Shown in pieces: positions 22,554 through 31,871 of a DNA stretch of 64,000 nt. The notes beneath the pieces are model-generated. The model was not told the origin of the DNA, did not search any database, and saw only the letters and a list, made by a program, of their open reading frames with translations. Each line of letters starts with the position of its first letter. Position 1 is the stretch's first letter. The translations under genes and the position numbers were made by a program. The stretch is taken from positions 1-64,000 of the forward strand of contig CAVOKF010000001.1 in assembly GCA_963696385.1 (NCBI GenBank), read 5' to 3'. This stretch comes from an uncultured delta proteobacterium (GTDB lineage: Bacteria; Myxococcota_A; Polyangia; Polyangiales; Polyangiaceae).

Positions 22554-23696
22554 TCAAGCCAGCAGGGTACGCGCGATCACCGAACGCTGAATCTCGCTCG
22601 TCCCCTCGTAGATCGTGGTCACGCGCGCGTCGCGCAGGTGCCGCTCGGCCGCGAACTCGCGCATGTAGCCGTAGCCGCCGTGAATCTGAACCGCTTCGTT
22701 GCAGACACGGACCGCGGCCTCGCTCGCAAAGAGCTTCGCCATCGACGCCTCGCGCGTGTAGGGCTGCCCCGCGCGCTTCAGGCACGCGGCGCGCGCCGTC
22801 AGCAGACGGGCGGCGTCGATCTGGGTGCGCATGTCGGAAATCTTGCCCCCGATGGCCTGGTGTTGGCCGATGGGCACGCCAAAGGCGCTCCGTGTTTTTG
22901 CCCACGCGATGCTCTCGTCGAGGGCCGCACCGGCGATTCCGATCGCCTGGGCCGCGATGCCGATCCGGCCGCCGTCAAGGGCCGCCATCGCGATCTTGAA
23001 TCCCCCGTTCAGGTCGCCGAGCAGTGCGTCGCCGGGCACGCGGCACGCGTCGAACTGCAGGGCGACCGTATTGGATGCGCGGATGCCCATCTTGTCCTCC
23101 GCCCGGGCCACCTCGAGACCGGGCGTCGATCCCTCTACGAGAAAGCACGACAGGCCTTTCGCGCCGGTCGCCGTCGGCGCAGTGCGTGCCCAGACGAGCA
23201 GGACGCCGGCATGACCCCCACCGGTGATCCACTGTTTGGATCCGTCGAGGATCCAATCGCCGCCGTCCGGCGTCGCCAGGGTGCGCAGTCCGGCCGGGTC
23301 GCTGCCGGCGTCCGGCTCGCTCAGCGCGAAGCTGCCGAGCCCATGCTCGCCGCTCGCGAGCTTCGGCAGGTGCCGCCTCTTTTGCGCATCGGTTCCGAAG
23401 CGAGCGATCGTCTCGCCCACCATGTTGGTCACGCTCATCATCACCGCGCACGACGCGCACGCACGCGCGATTTGCTCGACCGCGAGCGCGAACGCCACCG
23501 CGCCCGCGTCGGCCCCGCCGTACTCGTGCGGGACGTTGATGCTCATCAGCCCGATCTCCGACAGTCCGCGCAAGACGTCGCTCGGGAAGCGCTCGGTGGC
23601 ATCCAGATCGCTTGCCTTTGGGGCTATCACCCGGTTTGCGAATTCGCGCGCGGTCTGTTGCACGAGCGCTTCGATCTCGCTCGGATCCATGTCCAT
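22554..23696 (-). CDS. Acyl-CoA dehydrogenase
   Basis: FALSEPDAGSD, GSKQWIT, DKMGIRAS, LDGGRIGIAAQ, IYEGTSEIQR. Confidence 0.95.
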   Translation of the reverse strand: MDMDPSEIEALVQQTAREFANRVIAPKASDLDATERFPSDVLRGLSEIGLMSINVPHEYGGADAGAVAFALAVEQIARACASCAVMMSVTNMVGETIARFGTDAQKRRHLPKLASGEHGLGSFALSEPDAGSDPAGLRTLATPDGGDWILDGSKQWITGGGHAGVLLVWARTAPTATGAKGLSCFLVEGSTPGLEVARAEDKMGIRASNTVALQFDACRVPGDALLGDLNGGFKIAMAALDGGRIGIAAQAIGIAGAALDESIAWAKTRSAFGVPIGQHQAIGGKISDMRTQIDAARLLTARAACLKRAGQPYTREASMAKLFASEAAVRVCNEAVQIHGGYGYMREFAAERHLRDARVTTIYEGTSEIQRSVIARTLLA

Positions 23697-23760
23697 GAAC
23701 GACCTCCGTCGAGTCTCCGAGACGCTCCCTTGGACGGCGCTAGACCCCGCGCAGCGTGAG

Positions 23761-24465
23761 TCAGAGGCCGAAGCTGACTTTGGCCGGCCAGCCGCCGGGT
23801 GAAGGGAGGCCTTTCATCTTCTCGAGCACCCGCACCACGCAGTCGGCTTCTTCGTCGCCATCTTTTCCGCTGCCTGCAACGCCCGCTGCGAGGACCTTGC
23901 CGCCCGGTCCGACGTACAGCGTGGCGCGCAAGGCGCCCCCTTCCGTCGTCTTGCATCGACGGATCGCATCGGCATGCCGGGCGATCGCGGCATCCACTTT
24001 GTCGGCATTCCAGTCGGTCGGCGGACGCGTCGATTGGAGCGGCAGCTCCATGCCGTAGTGCACCTCGGCCTCGCCGCCGTCTGGTTTTGGAAACCGTCCC
24101 TCCATCACCGCGTCGATCAAGCACTTCTCGGTCGCCCGATCCCCGAGATCGCTTTCCTCGAGATACGCCCATTTGGGGCTGCCCGCCTCGCTGATGCGGA
24201 CGAAAATTTTTACGTTGCCCGAAATCATTTCGACCCGATCGAGCGCGGCCTTCTGGCATTCGGTGAACGGGTCGGCGAGAGCATGGAACGCGCGCTTGAC
24301 GGCGGCCGGGTCGATGCTTCCGAGTTCACTCTTCATTTGCAGCGCGGGTTTTGGCGCGGAGGCCGTTTCGTGCGTCGGCGCCGGTTCATTCGCCGGCGGT
24401 TTGCCGCCGCACGCAACGAGCACGGTGAGCGTTGCCGCGGGCCATGAGGGCATGGGCTTGTGCAT
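23761..24465 (-). CDS. Lipoprotein with AgmX/PglI-type (TonB-C-like) domains
   Basis: Lipobox LVAC; ISGNVKIFVRISEAG..SDLGDRATEKCL..FPKPDGG; duplicated domain. Confidence 0.7.
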   Translation of the reverse strand: MHKPMPSWPAATLTVLVACGGKPPANEPAPTHETASAPKPALQMKSELGSIDPAAVKRAFHALADPFTECQKAALDRVEMISGNVKIFVRISEAGSPKWAYLEESDLGDRATEKCLIDAVMEGRFPKPDGGEAEVHYGMELPLQSTRPPTDWNADKVDAAIARHADAIRRCKTTEGGALRATLYVGPGGKVLAAGVAGSGKDGDEEADCVVRVLEKMKGLPSPGGWPAKVSFGL

Positions 24466-24497
24466 GAGCCCCACCCTAGTGGGCCACCGGCCGCTTT

Positions 24498-25652
24498 TCA
24501 CGAAGCGCTTCGCGCGTCACGTAACAAACCCGAACTAATCACGATCCGTTGGATTTCGCTCGTGCCCTCGTAAATCTCGGTGATGCGCGCGTCGCGGTAG
24601 TGCCGCTCCAGGGGAAACTCGGTCGAGTAGCCGTAGCCTCCGTGAATCTGAATGGCCTTGTGGGTGACCCGGGTCGCCATCTCGCTCGCGTAGAGCTTCG
24701 CGATCGAGCTTTCCATCGTGTGGCGAACGCCGCGGTCCTTCATCCAAGCCGCCCGCCAAGCGAGCAGACGCGCGGCCTCGATCTGGGTCGCCATGTCGGA
24801 GATCATGAACTGGATCGCTTGGTGCTGCGCGATCGGTACACCGAAGCTCTTGCGCTCCTTGGCGTACGCCACGCTGCGTTCGAATGCCGCGCGCGCGATC
24901 CCGATGGCTTGACAGGCGATGCCGATCCGCCCTCCGTCGAGGGTGGCCATCGCGACTTTGAACCCCTCGTGCACAGGGCCGACCACGTTGATGTCGGGCA
25001 CGACACAGTGGTCGAAGAACACCGTGCACGACTGCGCCGCGTGGATGCCGAGTTTGTGGTCCGGCGGATTCTGGGTGTAGCCGGGAGTGCCCCGCTCGAC
25101 GAGAAACGCCGTGTGACGGGCCCGCGCTGCCCGCTCCGAAATGGCAAAAACGAGAATCCAGTCGGCGTGGGGCCCGTTGGTGATCCAGTTCTTCGCGCCG
25201 TTGAGGACCCAGCCGCCGCTCGTCTTCTCGGCCGTCGTGACCATGGTTTGCGCGTCCGACCCGCTCATCGGCTCGGTCAGACCGAAACAGCCGATCTGAG
25301 TGCCTCGGGCGACGGGGGCGAGCACGCGCGCCTTTTGCTCGTCCGTGCCGAACTTGCCGATCGGGTCGCAGAAGAGCGAGTTGTTGACGCTCATGATGAC
25401 GCCGCAGCTCGCACACGCGGCGCTCACCTCCTCCATCGCCAGCGCGTAGCCGAGCGCGCTCATCCCTGCGCCGCCGTGCTCGACGGGGATGGCTACGCCC
25501 ATCAGGCCGAGTTTGCCCATCTGTTCGATGATTTCGGCGGGCCACCGGCCCGTCTTGTCGAGCTCGGCCGCTTTGGGCGCGATCTCGCGTGAAGCGAAGT
25601 CGCGAGTGGCCTCGCGGATGAGAACCTGATCCTCGGTGAGCGAGAACTCCAT
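24498..25652 (-). CDS. Acyl-CoA dehydrogenase
   Basis: MEFSLTEDQ, GCFGLTEPMSGSD, GAKNWITNG, LDGGRIGIA, IYEGTSEIQR. Confidence 0.95.
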   Translation of the reverse strand: MEFSLTEDQVLIREATRDFASREIAPKAAELDKTGRWPAEIIEQMGKLGLMGVAIPVEHGGAGMSALGYALAMEEVSAACASCGVIMSVNNSLFCDPIGKFGTDEQKARVLAPVARGTQIGCFGLTEPMSGSDAQTMVTTAEKTSGGWVLNGAKNWITNGPHADWILVFAISERAARARHTAFLVERGTPGYTQNPPDHKLGIHAAQSCTVFFDHCVVPDINVVGPVHEGFKVAMATLDGGRIGIACQAIGIARAAFERSVAYAKERKSFGVPIAQHQAIQFMISDMATQIEAARLLAWRAAWMKDRGVRHTMESSIAKLYASEMATRVTHKAIQIHGGYGYSTEFPLERHYRDARITEIYEGTSEIQRIVISSGLLRDARSAS

Positions 25653-25740
25653 GGCTGTACCGCCAGATGGTAGCCTTATCCGCGAATTCATGCGCAAATC
25701 GGCCTTTATGACGGCGTGGGCTGCCGTTGGCGAAAGGACG

Positions 25741-27525
25741 ATGATGAGCGTGACGGCGCGTCTTCTGATCTGGGGCGCTTGGGTGAGCACGCTCTTGGCG
25801 TCGCCCCCCGCGGGCGCCCAGGCGGGCGGCTTCGCGCTCGACCGCTTCAACCCCTCCGAGCGCGGCAGCGATTGGTTCGAGCTCGACTCGCTCGACCTGC
25901 GCGACAACGTCCGCGAAGCCGTAGGCGTCGTCGGCGATTTCGCGTACCTGCCGCTGGTCATCTACAATTCCGATGGGTCGATACGAGACAAACTCGTCCA
26001 GGAGCAGGTTTTCCTGCACGTGGGCGTGAGCATGGTGTTTCTCGACCGAATCCGTCTGGCTCTCAACTTTCCTGTTGCCCTGTACGCGACCGGGCAGTCG
26101 GGCACGCTGGACGGCGTCGCGTACACCGCGCCCGGCCCGTTCGGCGTCGGCGACCTGCGCATCGGTGCCGATCTGCGGCTCGTCGGGGCGTACGGCGACC
26201 CGTTTCGACTCGCGGCGGGGGTCCAGGTCTTTGCGCCCATCGGATCGCGGAGCGATTACGCGAGCGACAGCACCACCCGTGTGCAGCCACGGCTGATGGC
26301 GGCCGGCGACGTGGGCATTTTTGCCTACGCCCTTCAAGCTGGATTTCTCTACAGCTCGCTCACCGATTCGTTCGGAGGTTCGGCGCTCGGCAGCCAACTC
26401 AATTTCGGCGCTTCGATGGGCTTGTTTGCGTTCCATCACGCCTTGCTCATCGGTCCCGAGGTGTACGGGGGCACGACCGTTTCCCAGAGCGAGCTGATCT
26501 TCAAGACGGCCACGACCCCTCTCGAGGGCATTCTTGGAGCGCACGTGCGCGTCGCTCCCGGCTTTCACTTCGGGCTTGGCGGGGGCGCAGGACTGACGCG
26601 GGGATTCGGCTCGCCCGCCGCACGCGCCCTCGCGCTGCTCGAGTGGGCTCCCGACGTGCAGAAACCTCCGCCGGATCGCGACGGCGACGGCATCCCGGAC
26701 GCCCAAGACGCGTGCCCGGACGTCCCGGGGGTCCAGACCGACGACCCCAACACCAACGGCTGCCCGCCGGATCGCGACAAGGACGGCATCCCGGACGCCC
26801 AAGACGCGTGTCCGGACGTCCCGGGGGTCCAGACCGACGACCCCAAGACCAACGGGTGCCCGCCGGATCGCGACAAGGACGGCATCCCGGACGCCCAAGA
26901 CGCGTGTCCGGACGTCCCGGGGGTCAAGACCGACGACCCCAAGACCAACGGCTGCCCGTCGGACCGCGACAAGGACGGCATCCCGGACGCCCAAGACGCG
27001 TGTCCGGACGTCCCGGGGGTCAAGACCGACGACCCCAAGACCAACGGCTGTCCGCCCAATCCCGACCGCGACAAGGACGGCATCCCGAACGCCGACGACG
27101 CGTGTCCGGACGAGCCCGGGCCGAAGAACGCGGACCCGACGAAGAACGGCTGCCCGCAGGCCGTCGTCAAAAACGATCGGATCGTGATCCTCGACCAAGT
27201 GCAGTTCAGGACCGACAGCGCCGAGATCTTGCCCGAGAGCAACTCGGTTCTCGGGTCGGTGCTCAAGATCCTCAATGAGCACACGGACATCCTGAGGGTG
27301 AGCATCGAAGGGCACACCGACAATCGGGGAACGGCCGCTTACAACATGGGACTGAGCGCCCGGCGTGCCGCGAGCGTCGTCGAGTGGCTCGTCCAACACG
27401 GGGTGGACGCCGGCCGGCTGACGAGTATCGGTTACGGCTTGACCCGCCCGCTCGACAGCAACGAAACGGACATCGGACGGCGAAACAACAGGCGGGTCGA
27501 GTTTCATATCGTGCACCCGAACTGA
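25741..27525 (+). CDS. OmpA-family protein: beta-barrel + thrombospondin type-3 repeats + OmpA C-terminal domain (TraB-like architecture)
   Basis: DRDxDGIPDxxDACP repeats; IEGHTD..YNMGLSARRA..GYG..NRRVEF. Confidence 0.92.
   Translation: MMSVTARLLIWGAWVSTLLASPPAGAQAGGFALDRFNPSERGSDWFELDSLDLRDNVREAVGVVGDFAYLPLVIYNSDGSIRDKLVQEQVFLHVGVSMVFLDRIRLALNFPVALYATGQSGTLDGVAYTAPGPFGVGDLRIGADLRLVGAYGDPFRLAAGVQVFAPIGSRSDYASDSTTRVQPRLMAAGDVGIFAYALQAGFLYSSLTDSFGGSALGSQLNFGASMGLFAFHHALLIGPEVYGGTTVSQSELIFKTATTPLEGILGAHVRVAPGFHFGLGGGAGLTRGFGSPAARALALLEWAPDVQKPPPDRDGDGIPDAQDACPDVPGVQTDDPNTNGCPPDRDKDGIPDAQDACPDVPGVQTDDPKTNGCPPDRDKDGIPDAQDACPDVPGVKTDDPKTNGCPSDRDKDGIPDAQDACPDVPGVKTDDPKTNGCPPNPDRDKDGIPNADDACPDEPGPKNADPTKNGCPQAVVKNDRIVILDQVQFRTDSAEILPESNSVLGSVLKILNEHTDILRVSIEGHTDNRGTAAYNMGLSARRAASVVEWLVQHGVDAGRLTSIGYGLTRPLDSNETDIGRRNNRRVEFHIVHPN
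26671..27150 (+). repeat. 96-bp coding tandem repeat, 4 near-identical units plus a diverged fifth
   Basis: Unit PDRDKDGIPDAQDACPDVPGV(Q/K)TDDPKTNGCP starting at 26671, 26767, 26863, 26959. Confidence 0.9.
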
Positions 27526-27538
27526 TTGGGAGCCGAAC

Positions 27539-28723
27539 ATGCCGATTCCCGCCGACAACCCGCGCCTGTTCGACTTTCGAATGACCCGTCCGCCGCACGA
27601 ATCGCCGCAGAGCGAAGTGCTCGACTGGATCGGCCGTCTTCACGCCACCGCCGAGCGAACGCGATCGCCCGATCCCTCCGCCTTCGACGTCGACGCCTTC
27701 CTCGTCCGGCTGCGTAAGCTGCTGTACCGGTATGGCTGCTCACCGGACAAGATCGCGACACGCGGCTACGAGATCACCGACGGCAGCCACACCCGTTGGG
27801 AGGACATGCCCGTTTACGACGTCGTGCGGGACCCCGAGGGTGCGGGCACGCGCGTCCGAACCGAGCTCTACGCAACCATGGCCGCGGCGGCCGTCGACCG
27901 CCTTTACTCCGAAGACGATTCGCCCCCAGGCGACCTGGTCCACGTCACGTGTACCGGATACGCGTCGCCGAGCGCCGCCCAGCGACTCGTGGCGAAGCGC
28001 GGATGGGGCGCGCAAACGCGCGTCACGCACGCGTACCACATGGGCTGCTACGCGTCGCTTCCGGCGATTCGAATCGCCTCGGGCTTTCTCGCGAGCGCAT
28101 CGACGGCCCGCGGGCCGGCGCGCGTGGACATCGTCCACAACGAGATCTGCACCCTTCACCTGCGTCCAGCCGATCACTCGCCCGAACAGTTGGTCGTTCA
28201 AAGTCTGTTCGCCGATGGGCACATTCGCTACTCGGTCGCGGGCGACGACGGCCCGAGCCAGGGTGGCGGGTCGGCTTCGCTCGAAGTGCTTTCGCTGCAC
28301 GAAGTGATTCTCCCCGATTCGGCCGGGGGGATCGTTTGGATGGCGTCGGACCACGGCATGTTCATGTCGCTGTCGCGCGACGTTCCGGCGCGCATCGCCG
28401 CGGGCGCGCAAGACTTCGTGCGGGTCCTGTTTGCTGCCGCCGGTCTCGACTTCGATCGCGAACGGACTCGGGCGGTATTTGCCATTCATCCGGGGGGGCC
28501 CAAAGTCATCGATGTCATGCAGGCCGCCCTCGAACTGACCGCGGCCCAGGTTTCGGTGAGCCGAGATGTTCTCTTGCATCACGGAAACATGTCGTCGGCC
28601 ACCCTGCCGCACATCTGGATGAGGATCGTCCAAGCGGCCGACGTCCCTGTCGGCACGCCCATCGTCAGCCTCGCGTTTGGCCCGGGACTCACCGTGTCGG
28701 GCGGTCTCATGGTGAAACGGTGA
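27539..28723 (+). CDS. Type III polyketide synthase (chalcone synthase-like)
   Basis: Cys-His-Asn triad: HMGCYAS, AIHPGGPKV, GNMSSATLP; LFADG; AFGPGLT. Confidence 0.93.
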   Translation: MPIPADNPRLFDFRMTRPPHESPQSEVLDWIGRLHATAERTRSPDPSAFDVDAFLVRLRKLLYRYGCSPDKIATRGYEITDGSHTRWEDMPVYDVVRDPEGAGTRVRTELYATMAAAAVDRLYSEDDSPPGDLVHVTCTGYASPSAAQRLVAKRGWGAQTRVTHAYHMGCYASLPAIRIASGFLASASTARGPARVDIVHNEICTLHLRPADHSPEQLVVQSLFADGHIRYSVAGDDGPSQGGGSASLEVLSLHEVILPDSAGGIVWMASDHGMFMSLSRDVPARIAAGAQDFVRVLFAAAGLDFDRERTRAVFAIHPGGPKVIDVMQAALELTAAQVSVSRDVLLHHGNMSSATLPHIWMRIVQAADVPVGTPIVSLAFGPGLTVSGGLMVKR

Positions 28724-29223
28724 TGTGGCAATGGGCGCTGCTCGCGCCGCTCTTGGCTCAGGCGAGCGCCATGGCGTTCGACGAGTTCCATTTCCACCGC
28801 CAGAGGGGCCTTGGCTCCTGGGAGCGCATCGGGCATCCCGTCGATACGCTGATGGTGCTGGCGTGCATCGCATGGGCCCTGTTCACGCGCCCCGACGTTC
28901 GCGGCGTGGGGTGTTACGTCGCACTCGCCCTGGCCTCGAGTCTTTCCATCACCAAGGACGAGTGGGTGCACGCTCGCCATTGCGGCCCGGCCGAGCATTG
29001 GCTGCATTCCGTCCTGTTTCTGCTTCACCCGATCGCGCTGGCGAGTGTCGGCGTGCTCTGGGCCGCAGGTCGTGCGTCCGTGGGCGATTTGCCCGACTGG
29101 TGGGCGAGGGCGGCGCCGGTCGCACGGTGGCTGCCCGCGGCGTTCGCGCTGACCGGCGCGTTCTGGCTGTATCAAGTCACGTATTGGATGGTTCGATGGC
29201 CGCGGGACACCCCCAACTCGTAA
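28723..29223 (+). CDS. Membrane protein with His/Glu motifs
   Basis: TGATG coupling to PKS; DEFHFHRQRGL..WERIGHPVDT, TKDEWVH, EHWLHSVLFLLHP; hydrophobic helices. Confidence 0.8.
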   Translation: MWQWALLAPLLAQASAMAFDEFHFHRQRGLGSWERIGHPVDTLMVLACIAWALFTRPDVRGVGCYVALALASSLSITKDEWVHARHCGPAEHWLHSVLFLLHPIALASVGVLWAAGRASVGDLPDWWARAAPVARWLPAAFALTGAFWLYQVTYWMVRWPRDTPNS

Positions 29224-29969
29224 ATAATGCGATCTACGCCGCGCTCGGCGAGCGTTGGTACGATGCGTACGACGATCCGGTCGCGCTGCTTCGGGCCGAG
29301 TCCACCTTTCGGACTCCCTGGATCGCGAAGTCGATCGCTCGCGCCTTCGCCGGGCGGGCGGTTCGAGTGCTCGACCTGGGCTGTGGCGGGGGATTTCTCG
29401 CGAACGCCCTCGTGAAGCATGGCCACGACGTGACGGGGATCGACGCGTCCGAAGAAAGTCTCGCGGTGGCCTGCCGCCACGACGAGACACGCTCGGTGCG
29501 TTACGCCATGGGCGACGCGGCCCGCCTGCCTTTTCCCGACGCGAGCTTCGATGTCGTGTGCGCCATGGACTTTCTCGAGCACGTCGAGGATCCGGCTGCG
29601 GTCGTTGCCCAGGCCGCCCGTGTGCTCGGGGCAGGCGGACTGTTTTTCTTTCATACGTTCAATCGAAATTGGCTCGCCTGGCTGGTGGTGATCAAAGGCG
29701 TCGAATGGTTCGTGAAAAATACCCCACCCGATCTCCACGTGTTGCGCCTGTTCCTCAAGCCGGAAGAAGTTCGCGCCATGTGCAGCGCGCATGACTTGAT
29801 CGTGGGCGAGTTGCACGGGTTCGAGCCGGTCATCGCGTCCACCGCATTCGTGCGCCTCCTGGCGACCGGCACCGTACCCAAGGACTTCGCGTTTCGGTTC
29901 ACCGGCTCCACGCGCATCGCCTACACGGGGTTGGCCGCAAAGCTCGACGCAGGGCGAAACGACGGGTGA
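29196..29969 (+). CDS. UbiG-like SAM-dependent O-methyltransferase
   Basis: VLDLGCGGGFLAN, GIDAS, FDVVCAMDFLEHV, FFFHTFNRN. Confidence 0.88.
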   Translation: MAAGHPQLVNNAIYAALGERWYDAYDDPVALLRAESTFRTPWIAKSIARAFAGRAVRVLDLGCGGGFLANALVKHGHDVTGIDASEESLAVACRHDETRSVRYAMGDAARLPFPDASFDVVCAMDFLEHVEDPAAVVAQAARVLGAGGLFFFHTFNRNWLAWLVVIKGVEWFVKNTPPDLHVLRLFLKPEEVRAMCSAHDLIVGELHGFEPVIASTAFVRLLATGTVPKDFAFRFTGSTRIAYTGLAAKLDAGRNDG

Positions 29970-29987
29970 GAGCGTGAGGCCGTCTTG

Positions 29988-31853
29988 ATGCGCGCCGCGA
30001 GGCTTGCATGCGCCGTGGTCGTCACCCTCGCGTGGGTGGGCGGGGAGACCGGATGTTCGCGGCATCGGGAGCGCGCGCAAGCCATGGCTCGGTCGATCGC
30101 GGGCGGTTCCGGGCAGGACCCGGATCGATCGACCTCCGCCGCCGAGCCCGAGTCGGTGGCCAACGACGCGGGGCGGCAGCATGCGCCTCGATCCGGGCGT
30201 CGACCGCGTCTCGTCAACCGTGTCGCGTACATCCCGCCGCAGTGTTTTACGAATACGCATGCAGCGGGCGGCGGCCTCGCGAAAAACCCCTGCTACGCGT
30301 GCCACACCCGCTCCGAAGCCCCGAACTATGCCAACGACGACGCTCTCCAGCTGAAGCTGTCGATGCCGGCTGCGGCCAGGAAGAATCCCTGGAGCAACCT
30401 GTTCGATCCGCCGATCGCGCATGCCCAGCACTTGAGCGACGGCGAGATCCTCGCGTACGTGCGCCACGGCAACTACTTCGACGACCGGGGCAACATCGCG
30501 CTCGCGCAGACGCTCGGCGCTCTTCCAGCCGCGTGGGACGACAACGGCAACGGCAAGTGGGACGGCTATACGCCCGACGTGTGGTTTCGGTTCGACGACC
30601 ATGGCTTCGACCTCCGGCCCGATGGGTCGCTCTCCGGTTGGCGCGCGTTTGCGTACTATCCGTTTCTCGGAACGTTCTTTCCGACCAACGGTTCGGCCGA
30701 TGACGTCGCCATCCGGCTCGATCCCGCCTTTTGGAAAGACAAGGGCGGACGCTTCGATCGCGCGATCTACGAGCTGAACCTTGCCATCGTCGAAGCGCTC
30801 GTGCGGCGGACCGACATCGCCATCGATCCGGTCGACGAGACCCCCCTCGGCGTCGACATCGACTTGAACGGCCGTCTCGGCTGGGCGACGCGTGTCGCGT
30901 TCGACGCCGCGGCCGACGGAAGCGGCCGAACCCGCATGCACTACGTGGGCCTCGCCCACGAGGCCGAAGGGTCGTCGGCTTTTCCGATCGCTCCCGGCTT
31001 GTTTCCCATGGGGACCGAGTTTTTTCACACCGTCCGGTACCTCGACGTCGGCTCCGACGGCGTCGTCACGATGGGGGCGCGGATGAAGGAAGTGCGGTAC
31101 GCGAAAAAGGTCCGCTGGGCCAGCTACGAGATCGCGCACGCCCACGCAGCTCGCGAGGCGCAAGAGCAAGAAGAGTCGTCGGACGGAACTCACGACATCC
31201 AGTGGGCGAACGAGCTCGGCGTCTTCACGCGAACCTGGGTGCTTCAGGGGTTCATCGAGAACCGCGATGGCTCGCTGCGCCCCCAGACCTTCGAGGAGAC
31301 GGCGTTCTGCGCGGGCTGCCATTCGGGCATCGGGGCGACCACCGACGGGATGTTCGCATTCGCGCGGAAGATCGACGACGCGAGCCGTGCCCGTGGCTGG
31401 TTTCACTGGTCGCAGCACGATCTGCGGGGCATCGTCGAACCGAGGCGCGCGGACGGCGAATACGAATACACCTTTTATTTGCGGCAGGCGGGCGGTGGCG
31501 ACGAGCTACGCGAAAACGCCGAGGTCACACGGCGCTTCTTCGACGATCGCGGCGCGTTGCGTCCCGCCGAAATCTCAGGCTTGCACCGCGATATCGCCAC
31601 GCTGCTCCTGCCGAGCCCCGCGCGTGCGCTCGACCTCGACCGCGCCTACCGGGCGATCGTCGAGGCGCAGAGTTTCGTGAAAGGACGCGATGCCGTCCTT
31701 GCGCCTGCGCGAAATGTCGATGTGGACGTCCCCCTCGGTCAATCGACCGGAGTGAGGCAGGCGATCGTGATGGATCGCCTCGCTCCGCAAACGGGTCGTA
31801 CCGAAAGTGTAACGGAATCGTTACCGGAAGCGGGAGCTGAGCCGCCTAGATAG
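29988..31853 (+). CDS. Putative exported di-heme c-type cytochrome of unknown function
   Basis: Two CxxCH motifs (CYACH, CAGCH); N-terminal signal/lipobox-like segment. Confidence 0.75.
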   Translation: MRAARLACAVVVTLAWVGGETGCSRHRERAQAMARSIAGGSGQDPDRSTSAAEPESVANDAGRQHAPRSGRRPRLVNRVAYIPPQCFTNTHAAGGGLAKNPCYACHTRSEAPNYANDDALQLKLSMPAAARKNPWSNLFDPPIAHAQHLSDGEILAYVRHGNYFDDRGNIALAQTLGALPAAWDDNGNGKWDGYTPDVWFRFDDHGFDLRPDGSLSGWRAFAYYPFLGTFFPTNGSADDVAIRLDPAFWKDKGGRFDRAIYELNLAIVEALVRRTDIAIDPVDETPLGVDIDLNGRLGWATRVAFDAAADGSGRTRMHYVGLAHEAEGSSAFPIAPGLFPMGTEFFHTVRYLDVGSDGVVTMGARMKEVRYAKKVRWASYEIAHAHAAREAQEQEESSDGTHDIQWANELGVFTRTWVLQGFIENRDGSLRPQTFEETAFCAGCHSGIGATTDGMFAFARKIDDASRARGWFHWSQHDLRGIVEPRRADGEYEYTFYLRQAGGGDELRENAEVTRRFFDDRGALRPAEISGLHRDIATLLLPSPARALDLDRAYRAIVEAQSFVKGRDAVLAPARNVDVDVPLGQSTGVRQAIVMDRLAPQTGRTESVTESLPEAGAEPPR

Positions 31854-31871
31854 CGAAGTCGGAGGAACGCG

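Noticed and set aside
25741..27525. traAB kin-recognition locus
   Set aside because: The architecture resembles TraB, but no TraA-like gene is upstream; the neighbour is a divergent acyl-CoA dehydrogenase.
16077..27558. Very long antisense ORFs (16077-19193, 24535-27558) and similar ones elsewhere
   Set aside because: Shadows of real high-GC genes on the opposite strand, with Arg/Ala-rich composition and no motifs.
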